Shown in pieces: positions 9,484-19,885 of a DNA stretch of 64,000 nucleotides. Origin of the DNA: a virus. Its lineage: Duplodnaviria > Caudoviricetes. The first letter of the stretch is position 1, and each line of letters begins with the position of its first letter. Position numbers and translations under genes: made by a program. The DNA is taken from positions 25,508 through 89,507 of the IMG/VR virus record IMGVR_UViG_3300037067_007554. One strand, 5' to 3'. The notes under the pieces were generated by a model, which made no database searches, had not been told where the DNA came from, and saw nothing but the letters and a program-made list of their open reading frames with translations.

Positions 9484-10086
9484 ATGGCTAAGAGCAAAAG
9501 TGTTCCGATTGAGTTACTGCAACGTGTTGCTCGTGGCGAGGTATCGGTAGCGGATGCTCTCGCCGCAATGGGCGACCGGCCGACAACGGCAGCGGGTCGA
9601 GCTACGGGCCGGCCTGTTGGGCGGCCGAAGGGTGAGGATCGGCTTATCGTTATCGTCCGGGAATGGCGAGCGCTGGAGGACAAGGCGGAGCGTACTCCCG
9701 CTGAGGAGGCAAGATTGGCGAAGCTACGAAAGACGGTCGCAAACCCCCCCGAAAGGCTAGGCTTGCTGACAGGCGAGAAAACAGCCATGGCCCCCGATGG
9801 AAGGGTTGGTGTCCGGGTCCGCGGTGACGCCCACCGGGGTGACAAGCCTACGTGGAGAGGGAGGAAGTACACGATGGTTCCCGTCCGAGAAAAGCGTATC
9901 CTACGGCGGAAAATGCTCATGGAACGGGATCTCGTCGGCCGTCCAGCGCAGGCCCCAGGGTACTGCCTGCCGAGGGAGTACGAGTGCAATATCATCCCGC
10001 TCTATCAGCGGCAGGCAGTGCTTTGCCTCATCCAGGAGCATGTTGTGGACATTGCCATGGGAAGCATGATGCTGACGATGGCATGA
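9484..10086 (+). CDS. Hypothetical protein, Arg-rich, with GRPVGRPKG AT-hook-like motif
   Basis: GAGGTGT Shine-Dalgarno (SD) before ATG 9484. Confidence 0.7.
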   Translation: MAKSKSVPIELLQRVARGEVSVADALAAMGDRPTTAAGRATGRPVGRPKGEDRLIVIVREWRALEDKAERTPAEEARLAKLRKTVANPPERLGLLTGEKTAMAPDGRVGVRVRGDAHRGDKPTWRGRKYTMVPVREKRILRRKMLMERDLVGRPAQAPGYCLPREYECNIIPLYQRQAVLCLIQEHVVDIAMGSMMLTMA

Positions 10087-10099
10087 GATGATTCGACAG

Positions 10100-10129
10100 A
10101 AAAAAGCCCCCAGAAATGGGGGCTTTTTT
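10100..10129. terminator. Bidirectional intrinsic terminator
   Basis: AAAAAAGCCCCC-AGAAAT-GGGGGCTTTTTT. Confidence 0.85.
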
Positions 10130-10238
10130 CGTTTCCACCCCTCTTTTGGAAGCCGGCCGGCAATTTTGCTTTTGTTGTGAGGCCGGTCGGTTGACCGGCA
10201 AACCGAGAACGAGAACCCTTGAACAAGTGAGGTGTGCT

Positions 10239-10595
10239 ATGAGTACCGTTATGGATTCCCCGATTGCTGCGAAGAGGCCGGTGTCAATGGCTGCGATCCC
10301 CCCTAACGCCACAAAGGATGTGGTGCTGGCCATGTTGGGTGCTGGAACGATCACGGCACAATCCGCAGCCGCTTGGCTTGACGCTGACACGGCCGCAAAG
10401 GTTGCCGCGGCAAGGGCGCTTCGGCCGCAGAACAACCTCCGGTGCAAGGTCAGTGAGAAGAAGGCGTTGAGCATCTATGGGCTCCAGAGGATGCCAGTCA
10501 CTCTCTACGTTGAGCAATGGGAGCGGCTCTTGGCGTTCGCCGATGAGGTTCGCACCTTCATCGTCACCCATACGGCCGAGTTCTCCCGCAAATAG
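10239..10595 (+). CDS. Conserved hypothetical protein (KVSEK.A.SIYGLQR.PVTLY.EQWERLL domain)
   Basis: SD GAGGTGT; recognisable conserved C-terminal motif. Confidence 0.75.
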   Translation: MSTVMDSPIAAKRPVSMAAIPPNATKDVVLAMLGAGTITAQSAAAWLDADTAAKVAAARALRPQNNLRCKVSEKKALSIYGLQRMPVTLYVEQWERLLAFADEVRTFIVTHTAEFSRK

Positions 10596-10677
10596 TCCGG
10601 CCGAGGGGGTGCAATTCAGCCCGGCCCTGCAACCCGGGCTTTGTTCTGCCCCTTCCCATTAGCAAGCGAGGTGTACC

Positions 10678-13389
10678 GTGAAGCCCATCGTTCACAAGCT
10701 GACTATCGACACCCTAATCCGCTCTGGCAAGAGTTGGCTACAGGGCAACGGCGTGACCGTGCGGAAGGTCGTGGCCTACTACCGCAAGGAGTACGGGCTG
10801 TCTTCCCATCGGGTGAGTCAACTCCGGCGGGGACTGGCGACGAGCTAGGCCCCTGACAACGTGCCGCCAGTGGAGTGCCACCGTGCCGTAGTGTGAGCCG
10901 GTGCGGAGGCTTTCCCCTTGCGTTTCCTTAGACCTGGAGGTGTGACCATGCTCAGCATGACGTGTGAGATTGTGCGCCGGCAAAATGCCCGGCGGGACGG
11001 CCGTTGTTTCCCCTCCCTCAAAACGGTGAGGGAGGCGTTCGAGAGCGACAGCCAGGAGGATGAGAACCGGGAGTACCAGGAGTTCGCCAGCCCGTACTGG
11101 GACCAGGCGAGGGGCATGAGTGACCTGTAGAGGTCCGTGCCGCCAATAGGACGTGATACACCGCCCCGTCAGCGTGTCTCGATACTCTCGCCGGGACGAC
11201 GGGGCGAGGTTTCGTGCCCTACCCATCCCTTGGACTGCGAGGTGTACCATGTGTCTCGGACTGACGTGCGGCCAGATAGCAGCCCTGTGGCGGGGTGGCA
11301 ACCAAGAGGCTGCACCGTACTTCATGGCGAGGTACGGGAGCAAACAGGACTGCTGCAAGGTGGTTCTGGAGGTGTGCCGCCAGGACGGACCGTACTCTGC
11401 GGACTGCTTTGTCCGGGAGTTGGAGAAGCAGTTGGCGCTCTTGGAGGAGAACGCCAGGATCAGCGTAGCGTAGTGCCGCCAGAGTAACCCTATTGGCCCC
11501 GGCTGGTAGGCGGGACTTCACGCCGTTGCGTTTTGCCGGCGGAATACCGATGCCGAGAGTTGAGGTTCGATTCCTCATTGGGCCACTTGTGTAGAGATGC
11601 CCACTCCCTGTGGCGGCCGGGGAGAGGGTCTTAGGTCCATGCCGCCAGCCCCCTACACAAGAGGTGTGCCTGTGCTACTCAACTGCCCCACAACTGCCGT
11701 AACCATCATCAACGCATCGCCGTTGCTCAAGACCTGCGATGAGGCCCAGGACCTCTGCGACCAGGTTGCTTCCTGGCTCTCGGGTGGCGAGAGTTACGAC
11801 CCGGAGTTCCTTGCGGAGAATCTCACGCAGATCGCCATGGACCTCCGACAGTCGATGCAGGAGGCCGTGGCCTGATTGTCGAGGTAGCCCACAAGACGTA
11901 GACTGCGGGGCGAACCTTGCCAGTGTCGTCGCTGGCCGCAGTCCTGTATCCCCATGCCGCCAGGGGGAAGTGGCGGTTCCTACTGAATGCCCTAGAGGCA
12001 GGAGGTATCGCAATGAGTCGTTACCAGATGAGCGATGGGACGGTTGTGGACACCAAGAACGCTACCGCATCGTGGGGTGAATCCACACGATGGGACGGCC
12101 ACAACCATATCAGCGTGGCCACCGGGAGCCAGTGGGAGCACCAGACTCTCTACCGCAGCCGCAAGGGCCGGTACTACGTCGAGCACACGAGCCGGCGGGA
12201 TGGCTCGACGCCTGGTGCCGAGTGGGTGAGTTTAGAAGAGGCTTGCCGATGGCTGCTGGCCAACGAGCACAGCCCCGAGGATGAAAACTTCCCCGAGGAT
12301 CTCAAGGACCACATCGACAAGGTGAGCGAGTAGACACCTCCCAGGAATGCCGGCGTACTGCCAGCCGCCGGCCCTCTGGTACATGTCATGCCCCAGAACG
12401 CTCCAGCAACGCCAGGATTGCGTCGGACGCTGGGCTGTCCAAGTAGACTTGTGCCGCCAAGACGCATTCCTGAGCGTCTGGATCAACGCTAGGGGCGACG
12501 TGTGAGAAAAGAATGCCCGATGGGCGACAGACTCGTATCGTCGTGCCGCCAGATTACCTAGAGTCCCTTACTGTGAGGTGTACGATGCTCGGTTACAGCG
12601 TGTGGTGTGCCTCAAGGGCATACCAAGAGGAGTACGACCAGACCAAACGGGTGGCCGCGTTCACGTTCCTGCTGGACGCCGTGGACTATGCCGCCAGTCT
12701 GGCGAGAAACAGCGTCCGCTGCGTGCTGATCGGCCCTTACGGGCTGGCAACTGAGTACGTGAGAGACGAGACCGATGGTTCCGGGTACACCATCCGGGAC
12801 GCCAACGGGCGGAAGTAGTGCAGTCAACAGGGGCAGGCAATGTCCTTTCGTGCTCTTTCGTGTCTTTTGCTGTCCTTTCGTGTCTTTTCGTGTCCTTTGT
12901 ACCCCTTGGAGGTGTGTGATGGCTGTCAAACGTAACCTGATTCCCCGTCCGGGTGAGGGCAAGGCGTTCGCCTATGCCTATCAGGCTGGGCGAGATTCGG
13001 TGGCTGAGTGAGCCGACCTGGCCGCCGCCCTCCTGGCCTAACCCGCCAGAGTGGGCAGCGAGCGGGCCGACTGAGTGCCCGTGGTCCCTTAGATGGAGGC
13101 GTGGAGGATGACCCCAACCAAAGCTATCGAACACACCGACGACATGATGGGAAAGTTGACGGCCCTGGTCGCCCACCTGCACAACGAAGCCGACGAGGTT
13201 GCCGAACAGTGGTACGGCCTCGGACAGGCTGGCGGACAACGGGAAGACCATGCCGCCAGCCTGTTGACCAGACTTCGCCCCCACTTGGAGGCAATCGAGA
13301 GCTTCGCCCATATCTGCGGACAGCAGATTACGGGCTACGTGAAAGACCCGTTCGGCCGACAGGCGGCGATGGAGGCTCCAACCGTCTGA
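10678..13389 (+). CDS. Eight small early-region genes, each with its own SD: 10678-10848, 10948-11130, 11249-11473, 11672-11875, 12013-12333, 12585-12818, 12919-13011, 13108-13389
   Basis: Each start is preceded by CCCT(T/A)..(G)GAGGT/GGAGG at normal spacing; functions unknown. Confidence 0.65.
12841..12900. repeat. Six tandem 10-bp units, consensus TGTCCTTTCG
   Basis: tgtcctttcg tgctctttcg tgtcttttgc tgtcctttcg tgtcttttcg tgtcctttgt. Confidence 0.85.
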
Positions 13390-13496
13390 CCCCCAGGGGC
13401 TTCGGCCCCGCTTCTACCCTCCTGCTGGGAGGGTGCAAGCGGCGTCAAAGTCCGGTTTTTCGACGAATCACGGCCCCTTGCAAAGGAGGTGTACCC

Positions 13497-13865
13497 TTGT
13501 CGCACATCGTCAGTATCAAGACCGAGGTCCGCGACCTGGCCGCCCTCATGGCTGCCTGTCAACGCCTCAAGTTACCCGCCCCCGTGGTCGGAGAGCACAA
13601 GCTGTTCTCTGGCACCAAGACGGGGGCAGCCGTCCAGTTGCCCGACTGGCAGTATCCCGTGGTCACCGACCTCGGAACCGGGGAGTTGTCCTACGACAAC
13701 TTCAACGGTCACTGGGGAGATCAGAAGCACCTGGACGCCCTAAAGCAAGCCTACGCCGTGGCCAAGGCCACCATCGAGGCCCGCAAGCATGGGCATCGGG
13801 TGAGCGAAGTCAAGCAAGCGGACGGCAGTGTCAAACTGACCATCCAGGTAGGAGGTGTGGCATGA
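13497..13865 (+). CDS. DUF1257 / Ycf35-like protein
   Basis: TTG start after GGAGGTGT; SHIVSIKTEVRD...YDNFNGHWG...QAYAVAKA..EARK.G. Confidence 0.8.
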   Translation: MSHIVSIKTEVRDLAALMAACQRLKLPAPVVGEHKLFSGTKTGAAVQLPDWQYPVVTDLGTGELSYDNFNGHWGDQKHLDALKQAYAVAKATIEARKHGHRVSEVKQADGSVKLTIQVGGVA

Positions 13866-14053
13866 GAACCATCGAAGTCCTAGTCAGCCCCACGGGCGAA
13901 GTCGTCGTCACCACCAAGGGTTTCAAGGGCAAGTCCTGTCAGGACGCTAGCCGCCAGCTTGAGAAGGCCCTGGGCGTTCGGCAGAGCGAGAAGCTGACGA
14001 CAGAGTACCACTGTGCCGCCAGCAGCACAACGCAGCAGGAGGCCCGGCAGTGA
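13862..14053 (+). CDS. DUF2997-like protein
   Basis: IEVLVSPTGEVVVTTKGFKGKSC..AS..LEKALG...EY. Confidence 0.8.
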   Translation: MRTIEVLVSPTGEVVVTTKGFKGKSCQDASRQLEKALGVRQSEKLTTEYHCAASSTTQQEARQ

Positions 14054-14292
14054 ACGTCATCATCGACCAGCAGGGCAACCTGCGAACGATCTACAACGAG
14101 GCCCTGGACCTGTCCGCCTGTGGAGAGGTGACTATCACCCGTGCCTCAAACGTGGAGTGGAGTCCTGGCATCGGATGGCACGCCTACATGGGCGAGCCTT
14201 TCAACATGGACGGCCCCGTCCTCGGCCCCTTCGCCAAGCGTAGCGAGGCGTTGGCGGCTGAGGTGGCGTTCATCGAGGAAAACGTGCTTTGA
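14050..14292 (+). CDS. Conserved hypothetical protein of the DUF1257/AAA module
   Basis: IY.EALDL...G...I.RAS.VE...GPVLGPF..RSEALAAEV. Confidence 0.7.
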   Translation: MNVIIDQQGNLRTIYNEALDLSACGEVTITRASNVEWSPGIGWHAYMGEPFNMDGPVLGPFAKRSEALAAEVAFIEENVL

Positions 14293-14366
14293 CAGTCACC
14301 AGACAGCCAGGGGTACGCCTGCTGTCCGTCCGGTCACTATCGAGTCCCCTTACGTGGAGGTGTGCC

Positions 14367-15842
14367 ATGCTTGGAGACGTGTTAGGGCAATACCTCGATG
14401 CCTGTTTTTCTGGAGTCTACGTCCAGTCGGCGGAGCACGAGGACGCGATCAGCGAGGTATCGGCCCTATGTCGATGCCGCCAGTGGCAATTGGCCGTGTG
14501 GGACATGGCCGGCGGCTTGCAGATGAACGGGCAGAGCAACCCGGACATGAAAGACCCGCTAGCTGTCCTGGCAAGCCTGCCTGCGATGGCACCGAACGGT
14601 GAAGGGTCCGCCGTCATGCTCCTCCGCAACTTTCATGCGTTCATGGACAACCCAGAGATCGTGGCAGAGATGTGCCGCCAGATCGAGGCCGGCAAGGTAC
14701 GGCGTACCTTCATCGTGGTCCTGTCGCCAGTGGTCAAGATCCCAGTGGAGTTGGAGAAACACTTCGTCGTGCTGGAGCACGAGTTGCCAGGACGAACAGA
14801 GCTTGAAGCCGTCGCCCGTGGCATCGCCACCCGAGAGGGCGAGATGCCCGAGGGTTCCGACCTGGACAAGTTGCTCGATGCCTCCGCTGGCCTGACCCGG
14901 ATGGAAGCCGAGGGGGCGTTCTCGCTGAGTCTGGTACGGGATGGCAAGCTCCATCCGGAGAGCGTGTGGGAACTGAAATCAGGAATGCTCAAGAAGACTG
15001 GTTGCCTGTCGCTGTACCACGGTACGGAGAGTTTCTCCGAGTTGGGAGGACTGGACAACCTGAAGGCTTTTACCTTCCGCGCGATTACCAGAAGCAAGGA
15101 AAAGGTACGCCCCAAGGGCGTCATGCTGCTGGGAGTGTACGGAACCGGCAAGTCGGCTTTTGCCAAGGCACTCGGTGCCGAAGTCGGCAGGCCAACCCTG
15201 GTCCTCACAAGCGAGCAAATCAAGACCTCGGCCTATGGCAAGAGCGAGGAGTTGATGGCCAAGTCCCTGAAGATTGCAGACATGATGGCCCCCTGCATCC
15301 TGTTTGTTGACGAGATTGAGGGACTTCTGGCTGGAGTGAACAAGGCTGGTGACCCTGGCGTAAGCAAGTCAATCGGAAAGGTGTTCTCAATCTGGTTGAC
15401 TGACCACACCTCGGACGTTTTCGTCGTCGCCACCAGCAACGACATTTCCGACCTGCCAGGAGAGTTCACCCGTGCTGGTCGATTCGATGCCGTGTTCTTC
15501 GTGGACACGCCAGGCCGTGACCAGCGTGACATGATTTGGAAGATTCACGAGAAGAAGTACGGCATCGAGCCACAGGATCGCCCGGATGATACAAACTGGA
15601 CTGGGGCGGAAATTGAGAGTGCCTGTCGGCTGAGTGCCTTGCTGGACGTTCCCTTGGTGGCGGCGGCAGACAACGTGGTGCCTGTGGTTGTAACGCAGGC
15701 AGAGAAGATTGAGGCCATGAGGCAGTTTGCCGCAGGGCGTTGTCTGAATGCCGAGGCTACGGGTCGCTATCAGCGGGATGGCCAGCCAGTGGCTCGCCGC
15801 AACATCGAACGTGGTCCCACCACACAGCCGAGTACCAACTGA
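14367..15842 (+). CDS. Ycf46-like AAA+ ATPase
   Basis: Degenerate N-terminal AAA domain, then GVYGTGKS, Walker B LFVDEIE, ATSND, second-region-of-homology RAGRFD. Confidence 0.85.
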   Translation: MLGDVLGQYLDACFSGVYVQSAEHEDAISEVSALCRCRQWQLAVWDMAGGLQMNGQSNPDMKDPLAVLASLPAMAPNGEGSAVMLLRNFHAFMDNPEIVAEMCRQIEAGKVRRTFIVVLSPVVKIPVELEKHFVVLEHELPGRTELEAVARGIATREGEMPEGSDLDKLLDASAGLTRMEAEGAFSLSLVRDGKLHPESVWELKSGMLKKTGCLSLYHGTESFSELGGLDNLKAFTFRAITRSKEKVRPKGVMLLGVYGTGKSAFAKALGAEVGRPTLVLTSEQIKTSAYGKSEELMAKSLKIADMMAPCILFVDEIEGLLAGVNKAGDPGVSKSIGKVFSIWLTDHTSDVFVVATSNDISDLPGEFTRAGRFDAVFFVDTPGRDQRDMIWKIHEKKYGIEPQDRPDDTNWTGAEIESACRLSALLDVPLVAAADNVVPVVVTQAEKIEAMRQFAAGRCLNAEATGRYQRDGQPVARRNIERGPTTQPSTN

Positions 15843-15854
15843 GGAGAAAAACCC

Positions 15855-15919
15855 TTTACAAGTGCAGCGGTTATGGTAGAATGCGAGCGGCCCAGTTGGA
15901 GCTGGGCCGCTCTGAACAC
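15855..15919 (+). promoter_or_regulatory. sigma70-type promoter plus 11-bp hairpin heading HNH gene 1
   Basis: TTTACA-16-TAGAAT (extended TG), then GAGCGGCCCAG/CTGGGCCGCTC. Confidence 0.7.
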
Positions 15920-15944
15920 AAGCAACCTATGAAGGAGGTCGCTC

Positions 15945-16697
15945 ATGTCTGATGATGATTCTACCATCCCCCGTGGCTTCTGCCAGTGTGGCTGTGGACA
16001 AAGGACCAACCTGTACAAATCCACACGATGTCAACTCGGCCAGTTCAAGGGAGAGCCCCGCCCCTATATGCGGGGGCACCACAACCGAGCCCGAAAGCAA
16101 ACACAGCAAATCGGATTTGAAGAGGGACTCCGGCGTGGTGCAGAAATGCCCCCTCTGCCAAATGTCACTGGAGTTGAGATTAGGCCCATCCCGGAATTTC
16201 CGGGGTACGCCATTGGTGACGATGGCACCGTATGGGGATGCCGCCACGCCTGGGGATTTCACAACTGCTGGCACTGCTTAGTCCCCTATTGGTATGGTCG
16301 TCACAACAAGGTTAAGTATCTCGTCGTTGGTCTGCGTGCAACTGGAGCGAAGAAAAGAAAGAGGACGCTTGTGCACATCCTCGTCTTGTCAGTCTTTCGC
16401 GGACCGAAGCCCACTGGACAAGAAACCCGCCATTTGGATGGACACCCTGACAACAACAGGCTCAGTAACCTTGTCTGGGGAACGTCCCTGGATAATACCG
16501 CAGACAAGATCAAGCACGGTCACGACTATTTCAAACCAGGTCAAGACCATCCCCAAGCGAAACTGACCACAGAGGCCGTTCTGGCCATCCGAAGTGACAG
16601 CCAAGCGAACTACAACGAGCTAGCCCTCAAATACGGGGTCTCGCCGTCACTGATTAGCCTTGTAAAGAAACGGAGGGCATGGAAGCATTTGCCGTGA
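15945..16697 (+). CDS. Free-standing HNH homing endonuclease (CxCGCG N-terminus, NUMOD4-like, HNH, C-terminal HTH)
   Basis: RPIPEFPGYAIGDDG; VHILVL..F.GPKP...TRHLDG.PDNNRLSNL.W.T..DN. Confidence 0.88.
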   Translation: MSDDDSTIPRGFCQCGCGQRTNLYKSTRCQLGQFKGEPRPYMRGHHNRARKQTQQIGFEEGLRRGAEMPPLPNVTGVEIRPIPEFPGYAIGDDGTVWGCRHAWGFHNCWHCLVPYWYGRHNKVKYLVVGLRATGAKKRKRTLVHILVLSVFRGPKPTGQETRHLDGHPDNNRLSNLVWGTSLDNTADKIKHGHDYFKPGQDHPQAKLTTEAVLAIRSDSQANYNELALKYGVSPSLISLVKKRRAWKHLP

Positions 16698-16800
16698 ACT
16701 AGGTCGGGTGACACGACCCGAGCCCGAGTCCTCTGGATGGCCAGAGGGCCGGCACCCTGGCCGTTTGACCTGGGAACCCTAACCCTTTTGGAGGTGTACC

Positions 16801-17739
16801 ATGAGCGAGTTCGTCAATGCGTCAGACCGTGCCACCAGCCCCCGTGAGCGGCTGGAAGTCGAGTTCCTCGCAACCCGTGTGTCCTTCACTTGGCTGGGCG
16901 TTCGCCGGGCATTGGACCGGGAGCAAACAGCCCAGGCGGCCGAGTCCTTCGGCGCCGAGGGGCAGTTTTTGTCGGCAGCAAAAAAGCTGCTGGACACGAA
17001 GCACCCGGCGTACAAAGCCGTGAGCAAGGTCAAGAGCCAGGCGGGAGGCTTTTGGAAGGGGATGAGCCTGCCCTTCCCGGAGCCCGGTCTGCGGCTGATC
17101 CGGCAGGAGGATCTGGACGGGTTCGAGTCTCGGATGGCCGGCTTCCGCCAGGCCCTCAACACGAACGTCGAAGCCCTTGACCAGGTGTTCTGGGAGTTGA
17201 AGGACAACGCCCGGCAGAAGTCGGGCCGCCTCTACAACTCCAGCGATCTGCCGGACAGCGTGCTCGGTGCCTTCTCCATCGACTGGAGCCTTGAGAACGT
17301 CGCCCCCCCGGACTATCTTCTGACTCTGCGGCCGGACCTGTACGAGCGGGAAGCCGCCCGGATTCGTGGCCAGTTCGAGCAGGCGGTAGTCCTGGCAGAG
17401 CAAGGATTCATCGCCGAGTTTCGCAAGCTGGTCGCCCACCTGACGGAGATGCTGACCGACAGCCCGGACGGCAAGCCCCGGCAATTCAAGAGCGCCTCGG
17501 TGGACAACCTCAAGGAGTTCTTCGAGCAGTTCAAGCGGCTGAGCGTGAGCGACAACGCCGACCTGGCGGAGTTGGTCGGCAAGGCCCAGAACCTCGTCAA
17601 CGGGGTCAGTGCCGAGGCGTTGACCAACTACGACGTGCTCCGCCAGTTCGTCGGCGGCGAGATGGGCAAGGTACAGCAGAGTCTTGACAGCATGATCGTT
17701 GACCGCCCCCGTCGCAACATCGTTAGAAAGGCACGGTGA
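16801..17739 (+). CDS. DUF3150-like coiled-coil protein of the Ycf46 module
   Basis: RVSFTWLGVRR.L..EQ.AQAA..FGAEG.FLSA.KKLLDT.HPA; ends DRPRRNI. Confidence 0.7.
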   Translation: MSEFVNASDRATSPRERLEVEFLATRVSFTWLGVRRALDREQTAQAAESFGAEGQFLSAAKKLLDTKHPAYKAVSKVKSQAGGFWKGMSLPFPEPGLRLIRQEDLDGFESRMAGFRQALNTNVEALDQVFWELKDNARQKSGRLYNSSDLPDSVLGAFSIDWSLENVAPPDYLLTLRPDLYEREAARIRGQFEQAVVLAEQGFIAEFRKLVAHLTEMLTDSPDGKPRQFKSASVDNLKEFFEQFKRLSVSDNADLAELVGKAQNLVNGVSAEALTNYDVLRQFVGGEMGKVQQSLDSMIVDRPRRNIVRKAR

Positions 17740-17743
17740 GCCC

Positions 17744-17827
17744 ATGAAACGCCTTACTCTCCACGTAGCGATGCTTGCCGTCCTCGTCGGCGTGCTGTAC
17801 CTGCACTGGATTGCGATGGTGCGGTGA
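17744..17827 (+). CDS. Small single-TM peptide (27 aa)
   Basis: MKRLTLHVAMLAVLVGVLYLHWIAMVR. Confidence 0.4.
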   Translation: MKRLTLHVAMLAVLVGVLYLHWIAMVR

Positions 17828-17941
17828 CTTCCTACGCCTCCGTGGGAGAAGCACGGGGGCGAAATGAGTTCACCCTCAAACACACCTCCCCAGTCTGCCG
17901 TCCCTGGGTCAACAAAGGGCGGCAGGAAAGGAAAGAACGAC

Positions 17942-18310
17942 ATGGGATTAGACCTTACTGTGTGCCCCGTCAGCTATTTCAAGCAAGACTCATGGCTGTG
18001 CTATGACCGTCTCGGCCTCAACCGCAACTACGAACTCTTCGCACAAATTGACGAGGAGAAATCCCGTATGCCCGCCATCGAAGCGGTGTGCGATCCCAAG
18101 GATATTCCCCAGGGTAAGCGTGTCCACTGGTATGGAGACGATGGGCTAAAAACCATTACGGAAGACCCCTACGGATGCGGACTGACCTACGTGGACGCCC
18201 GTGAGTTTGCCAACGTCGAGCCCGGAGAGACAGGCGACTGGAACAAGGCCGTGCTTGCATTCCTCAAGGCCCTGCCGCCAGAGACGCCGATTGTGCTCTG
18301 GTGGCACTAG
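17942..18310 (+). CDS. Hypothetical protein
   Basis: MGLDL...DPYG..LT...FL.ALP...IVLWWH. Confidence 0.7.
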   Translation: MGLDLTVCPVSYFKQDSWLCYDRLGLNRNYELFAQIDEEKSRMPAIEAVCDPKDIPQGKRVHWYGDDGLKTITEDPYGCGLTYVDAREFANVEPGETGDWNKAVLAFLKALPPETPIVLWWH

Positions 18311-18511
18311 ATACACACCTCCGGCTCCCGTGGGGACGGGGGCCAGCCCAGCGTCTTCGACGGCGAGGACGCTGGCCCGGCAAACCGTCCTGCCTTGAAA
18401 CTGGACTTCCTCAAGATGAACCACCTCAATAGAATGCGTTTGCGTGCTTTGCGCCGCAGTGTGCCAGCGGGGGGAGCTGCCGACAACGGCTATGATCCCC
18501 GCTGGCCTCTA

Positions 18512-18540
18512 TTGACATACCGCCAGCATTTGACTAGGCT
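18512..18540 (+). promoter_or_regulatory. sigma70-type promoter
   Basis: TTGACA-17-TAGGCT. Confidence 0.55.
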
Positions 18541-19029
18541 TATCAACGGTGTTGGGTTGTCGGCCCAGCACCCAAGAACCTCTGAAGGTGCAAAGCAACA
18601 ATGCCAACAGCAACGCCACAAGGTTTCAGGCCAGCCCGTTATCCCGTGTGCCGTCAGGCACCAAAAAGGGCGCTGCCCGTTGAGTCGGGAAAAGGCGATG
18701 CCGCCAGTAAGGTTGCTGAGGACGTGCCCCCATCGGCACGGTGGCAAAGTGGGGTATCCAGCCCCCGAGGAAAGCCCGGCAACGGCACCGGGCAGGCCGA
18801 CCGACGCTCACACAAAATCCCGGCAACGCTGGCCCAATTGCGCCCGGGTGCTCATGCTGCTCTCAAAGGCAGTCCCAGAACGTCGGATCGGCACAGCCCA
18901 GTCAGCCAACATACTGACTGCCAATAGCTTCTCTCAGAGGCAAAATCAAGGCGCCCGCCCCCATGAGCGGAAAGGGGGCCGGTCTACTCTTCTATCAGCA
19001 ACCACGACCCTAACCCGTGAGGTGAGAGA

Positions 19030-19272
19030 GTGACGAAGACTCAAGCAATGAAGAAGATTCGGAGCATGATGAAGCCGACCCGCGAGGCCATCCTGAAAGA
19101 AGCCGAACGCCTGCTATCCAGTGGGGCTATCGACGTGGAACGGGCAGACAATGACTACCGCCTGCCCGAACTGGTGCTGTGCGTTGCCCTGCACAATGCG
19201 GCTTTTGACTGGGAACCGCCTTATGCCACGAAGGAAGACAAGCGGCTGATGAAGAACCTGTATCGGTTCTAA
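19030..19272 (+). CDS. Hypothetical protein
   Basis: SD GAGGTG; ORF. Confidence 0.7.
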   Translation: MTKTQAMKKIRSMMKPTREAILKEAERLLSSGAIDVERADNDYRLPELVLCVALHNAAFDWEPPYATKEDKRLMKNLYRF

Positions 19273-19372
19273 CGTAGCCCCTGACCCGGCCTCTCGCTGA
19301 CAGCGATATGCCGCCAGCGAGTGAGCGGGCCAGTGTCCGTAACTTGCAACCCCTGGATTCGGAGGTGTGAAC

Positions 19373-19885
19373 GTGAGTTGCTTCGAGGTTGGATCAACAC
19401 ATATTGACGCCCTGCTGACTGCCGGGCTGAACGTCGGCCGTTACGGCCCCCTACGATGGTACGTTCCAAGCGACGACACGGAGGGCGACTATGAGCAAGG
19501 CGAGCCCTGGGGACCGGAGGCAATCAAGCACTACCAGCAACGGCGACGTGAGTTGACGGAGGAGACGGCCGGCATGGTAGGTGCCATGCTGGTTGCGGAG
19601 AACCGCCGCAGTGTTGATTACCGCTACGATGAGGCCGAGGAAGAGGAGCCCTACGTGTTCAACGCACTCCAAGGGCGCCCCGATCCCGTGGTTGTGCTGA
19701 AAGCAATCGCCTGCTATGAGTACCAGGCGTGCGAGACGCCGGACTGGGAGGAGTCCGAGGCGTATGCGTTCTGCCAGGCCCTCCGGCATCGCATGATCGG
19801 TGCCCTGCCGGGCTACGATGATGCCGATGGCTGGGAGGTCTCCGACCGGAGGGTGTTCCTGAAACAGGTCGGCGTTGTCCACTAG
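19373..19885 (+). CDS. Conserved mobile-element hypothetical protein (HIDALL..ENRRSVDYRY..CYEYQACE..LPGYD family)
   Basis: Motif recognition; GGAGGTGT SD. Confidence 0.75.
   Translation: MSCFEVGSTHIDALLTAGLNVGRYGPLRWYVPSDDTEGDYEQGEPWGPEAIKHYQQRRRELTEETAGMVGAMLVAENRRSVDYRYDEAEEEEPYVFNALQGRPDPVVVLKAIACYEYQACETPDWEESEAYAFCQALRHRMIGALPGYDDADGWEVSDRRVFLKQVGVVH

Noticed and set aside
9484-10086. Terminase small subunit call for the first gene after the non-coding gap
   Set aside because: No recognisable TerS motif and no large terminase nearby; the leader style matches early genes
16822-17943. 373-aa - strand ORF (similarly 9261..9995, 33626..34207, 46802..47269)
   Set aside because: Shadow ORFs opposite well-supported genes in high-GC DNA
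18767-18795. GAGGAAAGCCCGG..GGGCAG resembling the 5' conserved region of RNase P RNA
   Set aside because: No matching 3' P4 strand (ACAGAA.CCGGCTTA-like) found downstream; probably chance
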